A stretch of DNA of 64,000 bases from Chloroflexota bacterium (GCA_963662335.2 CAXXVD010000001.1:192001-256000); one strand, 5' to 3'; shown: positions 1 through 9,458, numbered from the stretch's first letter. Notes: generated from the sequence alone by a model not told the origin. Translations and numbers: made by a program.

Positions 1-63
1 CAACGGGAGCATCGGTCGCTGCTCAAAGTAATGAGAGTCTTACTATGGTCAGAACGCTTTGCG

Positions 64-1032
64 TTACGTGACGATGTTCTGCGGCCGGCCTTCCACGAAG
101 GCAATCACGTTCGAGATGATGCCTTCGTTCAGCAACTCGATGCCTTCCGGCGTCTGGTCGGCGAGGTGCGGTGTGAGCGCCACCTGCTCGCACGCGAGGA
201 TCGGGTGAGTCGGGCGGCAGCGGCTCCTGGTCGAACACGTCAAGCCCGGCGCCCGCGAGATGCTCAGACTGCAACGCTGCAACCAGGGCGGCGGTATCCA
301 CCAGGTCACCCCTGCCGGCGTTGATGAGGATTGCGCCCCGCGCTTCATCAGGCCGAGTTCCCGCGCGCCGATGAGGTGGTGACTCTCATCACTGAGCCGC
401 ACGTGCAAACTCACCACGTCGGATTGCCGCAGCAGGTCGTCAAACGCGACGAACTCTACGCCCAATTCCCGCGCCCGCTCCGGCGAGGGGTTGAACGTCC
501 ACGCCAGGCAGCGCATGCCCAGCAGATTCGCGACGCGCGCGACCTCGCGCCCTACGTTGCCCGTACCCACGACACCAAGCGTCTTGCCGCGCAGCATGAC
601 GTTCTGCTTGAGCGTCCAGCGACCGGCCTTGAGTTCGGCGGTTTGGAACGCCGCGCGCTTGGCGGCCGCGAACATCAGGCCGATGATGTGCTCGGCCACC
701 ACGGGCGCGGTGCGGCCCGGCTGGTTGGCCACGGCCACGCCGTGCGCCCGCGCCGCCTCCACGTCAATCGAGTCGACGCCTATTGAGCACGTGGCAATGA
801 GGCGCAGGTCCGGCAACGCCTGGAGCGCGGGCGCAAACCACTTGATCGCCCCGCGCGTATTCAAGATGACGTGGGCGCCCTCTACGCGCTTGAGTTGCTC
901 TGCCATGCTCTGGGGCCGGTCGAGATAGAGGTCAACGTCGCCGTAGGGCGTGAGACGCTCCAGGTGCGGCGAGCCCTGTATCTGGGGCGGGAAGTCGCCG
1001 GGCACGACGAATTTTAGGCGCTTGCCGGACAT
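64..1032 (-). pseudogene. D-isomer-specific 2-hydroxyacid dehydrogenase (SerA-like) with two compensating frameshifts (possibly sequencing errors)
   Basis: GVVGTGNVG Rossmann motif, DVVSLH and C-terminal LTPHLA are in the main frame. The expected segment [39 protein letters not shown] lies in another frame between about 331 and 209. Start taken at MSGKRLK. Confidence 0.75.
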
Positions 1033-1383
1033 ATCCGTATCCTCGGCTGGGGCTGACTCATGCTTCCGCGGACCGCTCCCTTCCCGCGGCGACCGGCGAG
1101 CGTCGCTTGCAACGCCGCCGCAGCCGGTCGGAGCGTGCGCAATGCTTCCGTTATCATACTGCTCGCGCAGTAGGCAGTCGAGTCTTTGCCAGCGCGGTGA
1201 GTTTCGCCTTACCTGCACGTGAGACCATGTCAGATTTATGTGAAGTCACGCAAATTGCGCATAGCAAACTTCAAGACAAGGCGCCGTCCAAACACGTGTA
1301 TAATCATTGGTGCGGGCGTGACGCGATGGGGGTCGCTGCACGTCCGAGACTATCTTTACCATGGAAATTGCGCGGCAGCCGCC

Positions 1384-1452
1384 GTCATTCCCGCGAACGC
1401 GGGAATCCATCTTCGCCGCGCCTGCCTGGACTCCGGCTTCCGCCGGCGTGAC
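1384..1452. repeat. REP-like doublet, family A (GTCATTCCCGCG..CGCGGGAATCC and inverted copy)
   Basis: Palindromic arms plus spacer CCATCTTCGCCGCGC, shared with the copies at 15276-15345 and 22574-22643. Confidence 0.85.
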
Positions 1453-1516
1453 GACCACGCAGCCGCGCGAAAGCGAAAATCCACTACGCTAGACACAAGC
1501 GGGGGCACTGAAGCAC

Positions 1517-2110
1517 ATGCGCGCCATTCTGAGCGTATTCGACAAGACCGGCATCGTTGCGTTTGCCGCCGGATTGGCCGAACTCGGCTGCGAAATCATC
1601 TCTACCGGCGGCACCCAATCCGCGCTGGCAGCGGCCAACGTGCCCGTCACCGGCATTAGCGCGGTCACCGGCTTTCCGGAGATTCTGGACGGGCGCGTCA
1701 AGACGCTGCATCCGGTGGTGCATGCCGGCATTCTGGCGCGCCGGGACTTGCCGGCGCACACGCAGACCCTGCGCGCCCACGGCATCGCGCCCATAGACGT
1801 GGTGGCCGTGAACCTCTATCCCTTCGTGGAAACCCTGAAGAGCGGGGCCGATCACGCTGAGATCGTGGAGAACATCGACATCGGCGGCCCCACGCTCATC
1901 CGCGCCGCCGCCAAGAACGCCGACTCCGTGCTGGTAGTGGTAGACCCGCACGACTACACGCCGGTGCTCGACGCGCTCGCGGCCGGGCAAGCTGACAAAG
2001 CACTACGCGCGCGCTTGGCAACCAAGGCCTTTCAACACACGGCATCCTATGATGCCCACGTCGCCGCGTACTTCGATGAAATGCGCGGCAACCAACCTGC
2101 ACCAGACTGA
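1517..2110 (+). CDS. purH: IMP cyclohydrolase (PurH N-terminal MGS-like domain only)
   Basis: RAILSVFDKTG, STGGT, GFPEILDGRVKTLHP, VNLYPF, ENIDIGGPTLIRAAAKN, AFQHTASYD. Stops before the LRYGENPHQ AICAR transformylase domain. Confidence 0.85.
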   Translation: MRAILSVFDKTGIVAFAAGLAELGCEIISTGGTQSALAAANVPVTGISAVTGFPEILDGRVKTLHPVVHAGILARRDLPAHTQTLRAHGIAPIDVVAVNLYPFVETLKSGADHAEIVENIDIGGPTLIRAAAKNADSVLVVVDPHDYTPVLDALAAGQADKALRARLATKAFQHTASYDAHVAAYFDEMRGNQPAPD

Positions 2111-2166
2111 AACCGCAGACTGGGCAATTGCAGTGAAACCGTTCACAATGACGGCGGGAGGGCAGC

Positions 2167-2478
2167 GTGCTGCATCCAATCGTTAGTAAGAGGGCCACCG
2201 CAGTAGAACGGCTCTGCCGCCGCTACCGTGTCCGGCGGCTTGACCTCTTTGGTTCAGCCGCGACGCGCCAGGACTGGACTGAAGCGAGCGATCTCGACTT
2301 TCTCGTGGAGTTCGAACCGCTGCCGCCAGGCGTTTATGTCAACGCATACTTTGGTTTGTGGGAAGACTTGCAGCAGCTTTTCGATAGGCCGGTGGATCTG
2401 GTAGTCGAGTCAGCCATCAAGAATCCCTACTTCTTGGAATCAGTCGAGGCAACGAGGACGCCCCTCTATGAGACGTGA
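2167..2478 (+). CDS. Minimal nucleotidyltransferase (MNT) antitoxin of an MNT-HEPN pair
   Basis: LFGSAA...SDLDFLVEF and PVDLV motifs; 103 aa; overlaps the downstream HEPN gene. Confidence 0.85.
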   Translation: MLHPIVSKRATAVERLCRRYRVRRLDLFGSAATRQDWTEASDLDFLVEFEPLPPGVYVNAYFGLWEDLQQLFDRPVDLVVESAIKNPYFLESVEATRTPLYET

Positions 2479-2836
2479 GGGCAAGAAATACCTTTACGAC
2501 ATCTACCTGGCAGCAGCATTGGTTGCAGACTTCACACGCGGTAAGACACACGCGGACTACGAGCGTGATGCCATGCTGCGCGCCGCGGTGGAGCGTAAAC
2601 TCGAAATCATCGGTGAGGCAATGAACCGATTGGCCGCGATCGACAGTACAGCGGCAGCCCGTATAAGCGAATACCGACGCACTATCGCGTTCCGCAACAT
2701 CCTGTCTGATATAGCGCTCATGCCCCAATATGACATGGGTTCTCTTCCTGGCGGCCCAGCCAGAAGACGTTCTCACCCGAGCTCACTGATTGCTGAACCC
2801 GCGTATACAAGATTGTCCCGTCTCTCGGCGCAGTGA
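2468..2836 (+). pseudogene. HEPN/DUF86 (HepT-like) toxin, 3'-truncated
   Basis: YLYDI...AVERKLEIIGEA...IAFRNIL matches DUF86. Similarity stops at RNIL (about 2705), before the His of the R-x4-H motif; the ORF then runs antisense into the convergent gene. Confidence 0.7.
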
Positions 2837-3694
2837 TTTCGGCGCGTACGGTTCCCCAGAGATCGCGCACGCGGGCGAGGGGTTGACCCTTGTCTACGTC
2901 TTGGCCAAGCGCAACCAGACTCTCCAGAAGCCGCCGCATGGCGCAGTGACGTATTCCTGAGTCCAAACGTATGGCGGCATCGCAACCTCCAGCGGCGGGT
3001 CGAGCATGCCGAGATGGCGCAAGCAGCGGCGCACGCCGGCCTTGTAGAGGTCTCTCTCTTCTCTGGCAGCCGTGCCGCCGCCGCCCACCTCGCAACCCAC
3101 GGCGGGTATGCCCTGTTGGTTCGCCCAGGTGGAGAGCGTGCCCGGCGCCCAGCGCATCATCCAGTAGCGCTCCAGCCCAAAGGCCGCGGCCGCCAGCGCC
3201 GAGCGTCGGGCGCAGGCATTGTGGGCTTCCCGGAAGCCGCTGAGCGGAAGCAAGTTGCCTTCGCGTCCGGCGCTGTGGAGGTCGATTACGAGGTCCGCGC
3301 CGCCAACGACCACGCGCGCGAGAACACTGGCCAGACGTTCGGTCACCGAGCCTTCGACCTTACCTGGAAAGGTGCGGTTCAGGTCGAGATCATCCTCCGG
3401 CGCTCTGCGCCGCCCGGCGGCAAAGGCCAGCGGATTGGCGCTCGGTACCAGCGCGACCGTGCCCTGCAACTCTCTGGGCGAGAGTTCTTGCGCCAACTCC
3501 ACCAACGCATGCGGCCCCACCAACTCGTCACCATGGATTCCCGCAACGACGGCGACTCTCGGCCGTGGCACGCTCCCGAAGACGCGGGTAAGGGGTACTT
3601 CTACTCTTGCGCCACTTGGCAGCGAGAATCCCACGAATGCGCACTGCACGGTCTCTCGCACGTAACATGCGGCATTACTCGAAGCGCCAGTCAT
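2718..3694 (-). pseudogene. Succinylglutamate desuccinylase/aspartoacylase family (M14) hydrolase with a 1-nt frameshift near 2928
   Basis: AGIHGDE, NPLAF, DLNRTFPG, VIDLHS and CEVGGG motifs. The C-terminal domain (LGQDVDKGQPLARVRDLWG...ITAPRDG) continues in another frame. Confidence 0.75.
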
Positions 3695-3699
3695 CCGCC

Positions 3700-5022
3700 T
3701 TACGCCCGTTCCACGCCGCACCAAGCGGCAAGCTGCCGGGCGCAGATTTCAAGCCCGCGATAGAAGTCGGCCAGCGAGACGAACTCATCCGGGCTGTGCG
3801 CCTGGGCGATGCCGCCGGGGCCAAAGAGGCAGCCGGGCATCTCCGCCTGGGCGTACCAGGCCAGATCGCTGGCGGCGGAAAACCCTCTGATTGCGGGTTG
3901 CGCGCCGGCCTGCGCGACGTTCTGCGTCAGGAGTTCGATGAACGGATGCTCCGGCGCGGTCTCGAACGCCGGAAACGTCACGTTCCGCAGGCCCCAGGTG
4001 AAGCGCGGCGGATGCGCCCGCAGCCATTCGTCAGTCTGGCAAACCGCGTGCACGAACGCCTCGAATTCCGCCTTCACCCGCTCGCGGGGTTCGTCCGGGT
4101 AGTACCAGATGTTGTACTCGATCGCGCAATAGTTCGCCATGGTGCCGGGATTGTTGACCGCGTTGAGTTGGCCGTCCTGCCCGCCGCCGGGCCCGCCGAT
4201 GAAGATGGCCGGCAGGATAGAGTTGTAGCCGGGCGGGAAGAGCGGGTGCGACTTGCAGTTCACCCACTGGCGCTCCAGGTCTTGGATGGCGGTGACCAGT
4301 TTCACGCCTTTCTCCACCGCGTTGACGCCGGGGCCGTTCTCGCCGGGGGCCAGGTTGCGCCAGCGGCTGCCGGCGTGGGCTTCGCGCCCTTCGATCTCGA
4401 TGCGCAGGTGCTCCAGGCCGCCCTCGGTAGGGATGACGGTCAAGTCGGTCGGCTCGGCGTCCAGCACGGCGTCCGTGGCCGGAAATTTCTCAATGCAGTC
4501 CCGTGTGCCGTTGCCCACCAGTTCCTCATCGCTCACCACGTGGAACCACACGTCGCCCGCCGGGCGATAGCCCGCCGCCAGCACGCTCTTGGCGGCGAAC
4601 AACATGCTGACGAGACCGGCCTTCATGTCGGCCGCGCCGCGGCCGTAGAGCTTGCCGTCTTCAATCTCGCCCGCCCAGGGAGCGCGCGTCCACGCGGATG
4701 TATCCCCCACCGGCACCACGTCGATGTGGCCGTTGAAAGTCAACGACCGGCCGCCGCCGCTGCCGGGCAGCCGCGCCGCCAAGGTGGGATAGCCGTGCCG
4801 CGTCTCCCACGTGTGCACCTCGCAGCCAAGCCCATCGAGAAAGCCGGCAACCAGAGCGCGGCACTTGCGCGTTTCCGCCAGGAACTCCGGGCTCGGGGGG
4901 CTTTGCACGGCCGTCTCGCAGGCGACGAGTTGCTGGAGCAGGGCCGTGGCTTCCGCTTGCGCATCACGGGCCTGGCGCGCAATCGCCGCCGTCGCGCCTG
5001 CTAAAGTGTCTTCGGATGGCAT
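3700..5022 (-). CDS. ArgE/DapE family M20 deacylase
   Basis: FNGHIDVVP, LYGRGAADMKAG, SDEE, AEPT, GREAHAG, GPGGIAQAHSPDE. Confidence 0.9.
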   Translation of the reverse strand: MPSEDTLAGATAAIARQARDAQAEATALLQQLVACETAVQSPPSPEFLAETRKCRALVAGFLDGLGCEVHTWETRHGYPTLAARLPGSGGGRSLTFNGHIDVVPVGDTSAWTRAPWAGEIEDGKLYGRGAADMKAGLVSMLFAAKSVLAAGYRPAGDVWFHVVSDEELVGNGTRDCIEKFPATDAVLDAEPTDLTVIPTEGGLEHLRIEIEGREAHAGSRWRNLAPGENGPGVNAVEKGVKLVTAIQDLERQWVNCKSHPLFPPGYNSILPAIFIGGPGGGQDGQLNAVNNPGTMANYCAIEYNIWYYPDEPRERVKAEFEAFVHAVCQTDEWLRAHPPRFTWGLRNVTFPAFETAPEHPFIELLTQNVAQAGAQPAIRGFSAASDLAWYAQAEMPGCLFGPGGIAQAHSPDEFVSLADFYRGLEICARQLAAWCGVERA

Positions 5023-5151
5023 GGATGGGACTCCCAGTGACATAGTTTCAGAAGGTAAACTTTAGCGCCGTGGCCGGTAAACCGCTGGTGCACCTTGAGT
5101 TTGTGGCTAGATCTTGGGCAGCGCCATAGCGTCATGCGGCAGCGACTAGGT

Positions 5152-5244
5152 TGTCATTCCGAGCGCAGCGAGGAATCTAGAGTCCACCACCCATGTCGTC
5201 AGACTTTGCAGCACTTTAGATTCCTCGCTGCGCTCGGAATGACA
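5152..5244. repeat. REP-like doublet, family B (TGTCATTCCGAGCGCAGCGAGGAATCT and inverted copy)
   Basis: Perfect inverted arms of about 27 bp. The same unit occurs at 6361-6454, with a single arm at 61249-61276. Confidence 0.85.
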
Positions 5245-5245
5245 T

Positions 5246-6262
5246 TCAACAGTTTGGCTCAATTTGTATCCGTTGGCCGTCGGCGACGCGGTGGCTGTAG
5301 CGGATTGTGGTGTCGTCCAGCCGCTCCAGCGAAACCGGTTCCGTTTCGCCGCCATGCGTGACCTGTACGCCGACTTCCGACCACTCTCTCGGCACCGCGC
5401 ACGTAAACGTCAGCGTATGCCATTGAATCCTGCCAGGAACGGCGGCCGCTTCCAGCCGGTACGTGACGGCGGCCGGCGCACGTTCTTCGTCCACAATGGT
5501 CGTCTCCCGCGCCAGGATGAGGTAGTCCACCACCTCTTCCGGCACGGCGAGCCAGACCTCATCCCCGCCAACGCGCGTGACGGCTTCCAAGCGGTTGCCG
5601 AGTTCGGTGGGCGTCAATTCCCGGTTGGGAATGACCAGTTCGTCCTGCACCGCATGGGTGTAGTCCACGATCCAGCCGCCGGTTTCGCGGGCGCGGTAGA
5701 CCAGCCGGTAGGGATCGTAGCCCCGGTTGTAATCGTCCAGCTTGTGGTAGACCACCGGCCGGCAGAGTTGCATCAGGTCGGTATCGGGATAGTTGAGTTG
5801 ATCGCGCACGCCGAACATGCTCAGGCACCCGGCCTCCTCGGCCAGCGGCCAAGCGTACGGCAGGCAGTGGTCGTTGCCGGGGGCGATGAAGGTGGTCACC
5901 GGCGTGCCCAGCCGCTCTTCCAGCAGCCGCGCCGAGTCCACCACCTCGATGCGGGCGTTTGCCGGCACGGCCATGCTGCCGGGCAGCTTGTTGTGCGTCA
6001 TGGAATGCGAGGATACCGTCCAGCCGTAGCGCTGCGCCCGCTTGCACTCGGCCACCGACACGTGCACGTAGGTGGCGTCGTAGCCGCTGTTGGGCACGTC
6101 GCGCGGCTCGCCCATCTGTCCCACCACCACCGTCAGATGCCCCGGCGCGCCGAACTGCTCGTGGATGGGCAGGCCGTTCTCTACAGTCGAGGTCGGCACC
6201 TCGTCGTAGGTGGTGGAGTAGACCCAGCGTTTGCCAAATTTCCAGCGAGTGATTTCTACCAT
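5246..6262 (-). CDS. Polysaccharide deacetylase-like (CE4/NodB fold) protein
   Basis: STTYDE (variant of TFDDG), SHSMTH metal motif, TFIAPGN, GGWIVDYTH. Confidence 0.65.
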   Translation of the reverse strand: MVEITRWKFGKRWVYSTTYDEVPTSTVENGLPIHEQFGAPGHLTVVVGQMGEPRDVPNSGYDATYVHVSVAECKRAQRYGWTVSSHSMTHNKLPGSMAVPANARIEVVDSARLLEERLGTPVTTFIAPGNDHCLPYAWPLAEEAGCLSMFGVRDQLNYPDTDLMQLCRPVVYHKLDDYNRGYDPYRLVYRARETGGWIVDYTHAVQDELVIPNRELTPTELGNRLEAVTRVGGDEVWLAVPEEVVDYLILARETTIVDEERAPAAVTYRLEAAAVPGRIQWHTLTFTCAVPREWSEVGVQVTHGGETEPVSLERLDDTTIRYSHRVADGQRIQIEPNC

Positions 6263-6322
6263 AAGAATTCTTCTAGCGTTAACCTTGCTATGCCGCCCTC
6301 ACCCTAACTTTCTCCCTCAGGA

Positions 6323-6476
6323 TGGGCTGACAAGGGTAGGTGTTCTTCAATCGATTCACCTGTCATTCCGAACGGAGCGTAGCGGAGTGAGGAATCTAGA
6401 GCATTGCCCTGCAAAACCGGCATCTCTAGATTCCTCGCTGCGCTCGGAATGACATTTACCTAGCCCTGTCAGCCCA
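6323..6476. mobile_element. 154-bp MITE-like element with 19-bp TIRs and GGA target duplication, carrying a family-B REP doublet
   Basis: Left end TGGGCTGACAAGGGTAGGT vs reverse complement of right end TGGGCTGACAGGGCTAGGT (17/19). GGA at 6320-6322 and 6477-6479. Confidence 0.65.
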
Positions 6477-6495
6477 GGAGAGGGGACAATACCAC

Positions 6496-7698
6496 TTACG
6501 CCAACGCTTCCTTTGCCGCGCGCAGGTTTGCCAGGCGCATCAGGCCGTAATTGTAGACGCTCACCCGGTCGATGCCCAGCGCGCGCACCTTTTCGATTTG
6601 CCCGGCCACGTCCGCCGACGTAATCACCTGCGGCGGAATGAGGCGTAGTCCCTCGCGGAGCGGCACGCGGCCGTCCACAAGCCGCTGCAAGTCATGCACG
6701 GCGCGCCTGAGGATGAGACCATCCAGCGAATATGCCGCGCAGTCCAGCAGTTCGTTTGGAATGCCCTCAGCAAGGGCGCGGCCGATGTCCACGCCGTCCA
6801 GCGCCTGGATGACCGACGCTTGCTCCGGCATGCCCACGCCCATGTTGACGATGGGCACGAAGTCCGATTTGCCGCCCAGCGCCTGCTTGCATTCCGCCCA
6901 CAGCGACATGACCGTATCGATGCGCACGCGCAGGTAGCCGTCGAGCGCCGGAAACGTCAGCGCGTGGCCGGCAATGTTGTCGCCCAAGCCGCCGAGCGCC
7001 GGCAGTTGGTCGCCTTCCAGGTAGTCCAGCACGTGTTCTTGCGCCCAGCGCCGCACGGCGTGCCCGTCCACGCCGGCGTGTTGGGCGTTGCGCAGGCAGT
7101 GTTCGCAGAAGCAGAGACCCAGCAGGTATTCGGTAAACGGGTCTAGTTCCACGCTCGGGATGCCGTGGTGGACGTCGTGCTCGAACGTGCCGTAATGCAG
7201 AAACTCCAACTCGACCTGCGCCGGGGCCAGATTGTCGGCAATATCGCCCACCAGCGCCGTCACGTACGCCCGCACGTCGGGATTGCTGGGACAGAGATAG
7301 TGGGGAATGCGGTCGTCCAGCGCATTGAGTGTGTTGATGCCCGGATAGCGCGTGCCCAGCGCGCTATTGTGCAGGGTGACGGTCCAGGCGTGATACGCCA
7401 GGCCGCGCTTCGCCACCGCGTCCCGGATGCGCCGCATCCCGTCCTCTTCCTGGACGAGCGGCGCGACGATGGGCTTGATTGCGCCGTAGCGCTTCAGATC
7501 GGGCTGGAAGTAGATGGCCGACGAATTGGCGACGAAGAGCTTGCGCGCCGGGTTGTGGGGCCGCAGGTGCTTGACGTTGTGGTAGCTGTGGCTCAGGGAA
7601 ACGGCCCGCATCCCGCCCTCGTCGGCAATCCGCGCCAACGCCGTGTCAACGCCCGCATCCAGCACGTCCCAGGGATACGTCCAGATAACGCCGTACAT
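6496..7698 (-). CDS. Uncharacterised glycoside-hydrolase-like TIM-barrel protein
   Basis: YPWD, SYH, LHNS, CPSNPDVRAY, CFCEHC and YNYGL motifs, reminiscent of GH-like barrels with a Cys cluster; 400 aa. Confidence 0.55.
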   Translation of the reverse strand: MYGVIWTYPWDVLDAGVDTALARIADEGGMRAVSLSHSYHNVKHLRPHNPARKLFVANSSAIYFQPDLKRYGAIKPIVAPLVQEEDGMRRIRDAVAKRGLAYHAWTVTLHNSALGTRYPGINTLNALDDRIPHYLCPSNPDVRAYVTALVGDIADNLAPAQVELEFLHYGTFEHDVHHGIPSVELDPFTEYLLGLCFCEHCLRNAQHAGVDGHAVRRWAQEHVLDYLEGDQLPALGGLGDNIAGHALTFPALDGYLRVRIDTVMSLWAECKQALGGKSDFVPIVNMGVGMPEQASVIQALDGVDIGRALAEGIPNELLDCAAYSLDGLILRRAVHDLQRLVDGRVPLREGLRLIPPQVITSADVAGQIEKVRALGIDRVSVYNYGLMRLANLRAAKEALA

Positions 7699-7744
7699 GG
7701 TTCTTGCCGCTCCCTTCCGGCAACGCTCCGCCCCTCAGGTTCCT

Positions 7745-7776
7745 TCTCCCTGGGGAGAGGGTTAGGGTGAGGGGGG
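7745..7776. repeat. REP-like palindrome, family F (TCTCCC..GGGAGAGGGTTAGGGTGAGGG)
   Basis: Related copies at 6296-6490 (interrupted) and 22482-22510. Confidence 0.6.
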
Positions 7777-7946
7777 AAACTCGTCAAGCCTAAGTCTCCG
7801 AAACGCCCACACCCGCAGTATACTCACTTTGGCGCCACTTGCGGTAGTGGGAGTAGACGCGGTTGTGATTGGGAAAGCAAACAGGCACGTCCTGAAACCC
7901 CACTTGTTCGTCAGATCACTCCATGTCTCCACAAACTGTGCAAGGA

Positions 7947-7955
7947 TGATATAAT
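7947..7955 (+). promoter_or_regulatory. Extended -10 promoter element upstream of the nuclease gene
   Basis: TGaTATAAT, 60-80 nt upstream of the likely starts. Confidence 0.5.
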
Positions 7956-8014
7956 CCTGCCTGGAATGTAGGGTTGGTAGACGCCTCACATTCTACCACG
8001 CAGGGTTTTGCCAA

Positions 8015-9403
8015 TTGGAAGATAGGTACGCTATGACGACTGTCAACAGTCGCAGCCCTGGGCTGACTGGGGCCCTGGAAGAATTGCAGGACGACTTGGA
8101 AGACCTCGAGCAACTCTTCATCCGCCAGGATGAAACCGCTCGCCGGTCCTTACGGCGCTTGGAGGAGGACGGAGAGGACCTGGCGCGGTTGGCGTCCATG
8201 ATTCCAAAGTGGCAAGAGGAGGTGGACGTCTTCAGGACCCTGCGCTTGGATGATTCCGAGATCTTTCATTCCAATTTCCTCGCCTGGCTGCTGCGCCCTG
8301 AAGAGAATCACGGCCTCGGCGATTACTTTCTCCAGGAGTTTCTTGCCGAAGTCGGCGCCGCCCGCGCCGTTGGCGCCGGCGCCCGGATGAGCACCACGGT
8401 GCGCCGGGAGCAGAATATCGAGCTTGACGGGGGAAGCGGCCGGTTGGACATCTGCATCCTCAATGAGCAGGCCGGATTCCTGTGCGCGGTGGAAAACAAG
8501 ATATGGGCATCGGAAAGCGGAAATCAACTGGCCTACTACCGGAAGGCGCTCAGGGAGCGTTACCCAGACTACACGATTCTCCTGGTGTTTCTCACGCCGA
8601 GTGGAAACAGCCCTGAAGACGCAACGGAAAGGGACTACTGGACTACTTATGACTACTCGCGCATCCGGCAAATCCTTGACCGGACAATCGAGGCGAAAGG
8701 CAACTCGGTTCACGAGGACGTTGCCGCCGCGCTACGTCAATACTCGATCACATTGAGGAGAAATATCGTGCCTGAAGTCAGCGACGACATACACAAGCTG
8801 GCCCGCAAGATCTATCGGAAGCATAAGAAGGCCATCGATCTGATAATCGAGCATCGGGAACAGTACGAGCCCAACTATGTCAAAGAGGGATTCCCCATGG
8901 TGCGCGAGGCGGTCAGCAAGCACGAGGAATGGAAGGAGATCCAGTGCAACTATCCGCATGCCCGGTTTGTCTCCGCCACTTGGGACCGGTACGAGGCGCT
9001 CAATACTGGCATTTTGCCTTACAAACTACTGTACTTTCACGTGGGGGTCACCAACGACGGGGCGGATCTGTCGCTGATATTCAACAAGAGTGGCCCTGAC
9101 GACCTGAAGAAGAGGCTATTCGACTGTGTCGCGGCAAACCCCTCGATCTTCGAGGGATCGCTGCCGGGATACGTCAAAGACGACTACTTCGGGCTGCCCT
9201 TTGGGGTGAGCATACTTGAGAGTTCAGACTACGAGCACTGGTATGACGAGGAGAGGATTCGCAAGGCCATTTCTGACAGACTCGAGGCTTTCTCCAAAGG
9301 CCAGTTCCCTAAGGTCAACAAAATCGTCCTCAATTGCTTGGAGGAGTACCGGAGCGAAGAGGCTCAGTCGGTGGACGGCGAAGAAGCGGAACCTTCCGCT
9401 TGA
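8015..9403 (+). CDS. PD-(D/E)XK nuclease family protein (PDDEXK_4-like)
   Basis: EIFHSNFLAWLL.P...HGLGD.FL, GRLDI, AVENKI, QLAYY, VFLTP. Looks less GC-rich than the flanks. Confidence 0.8.
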   Translation: MEDRYAMTTVNSRSPGLTGALEELQDDLEDLEQLFIRQDETARRSLRRLEEDGEDLARLASMIPKWQEEVDVFRTLRLDDSEIFHSNFLAWLLRPEENHGLGDYFLQEFLAEVGAARAVGAGARMSTTVRREQNIELDGGSGRLDICILNEQAGFLCAVENKIWASESGNQLAYYRKALRERYPDYTILLVFLTPSGNSPEDATERDYWTTYDYSRIRQILDRTIEAKGNSVHEDVAAALRQYSITLRRNIVPEVSDDIHKLARKIYRKHKKAIDLIIEHREQYEPNYVKEGFPMVREAVSKHEEWKEIQCNYPHARFVSATWDRYEALNTGILPYKLLYFHVGVTNDGADLSLIFNKSGPDDLKKRLFDCVAANPSIFEGSLPGYVKDDYFGLPFGVSILESSDYEHWYDEERIRKAISDRLEAFSKGQFPKVNKIVLNCLEEYRSEEAQSVDGEEAEPSA

Positions 9404-9458
9404 CGTCAAACAATCGGCGCGCGCTGCCGGCTCAGTAGTTGCGCGATGGCTACGGCAA

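Noticed and set aside
1260-1516. ZMP/ZTP riboswitch upstream of purH
   Set aside because: The GACTGGCG...GGGGAGC...CGCCTGGGC elements are not visible; the structure there is a family-A REP doublet.
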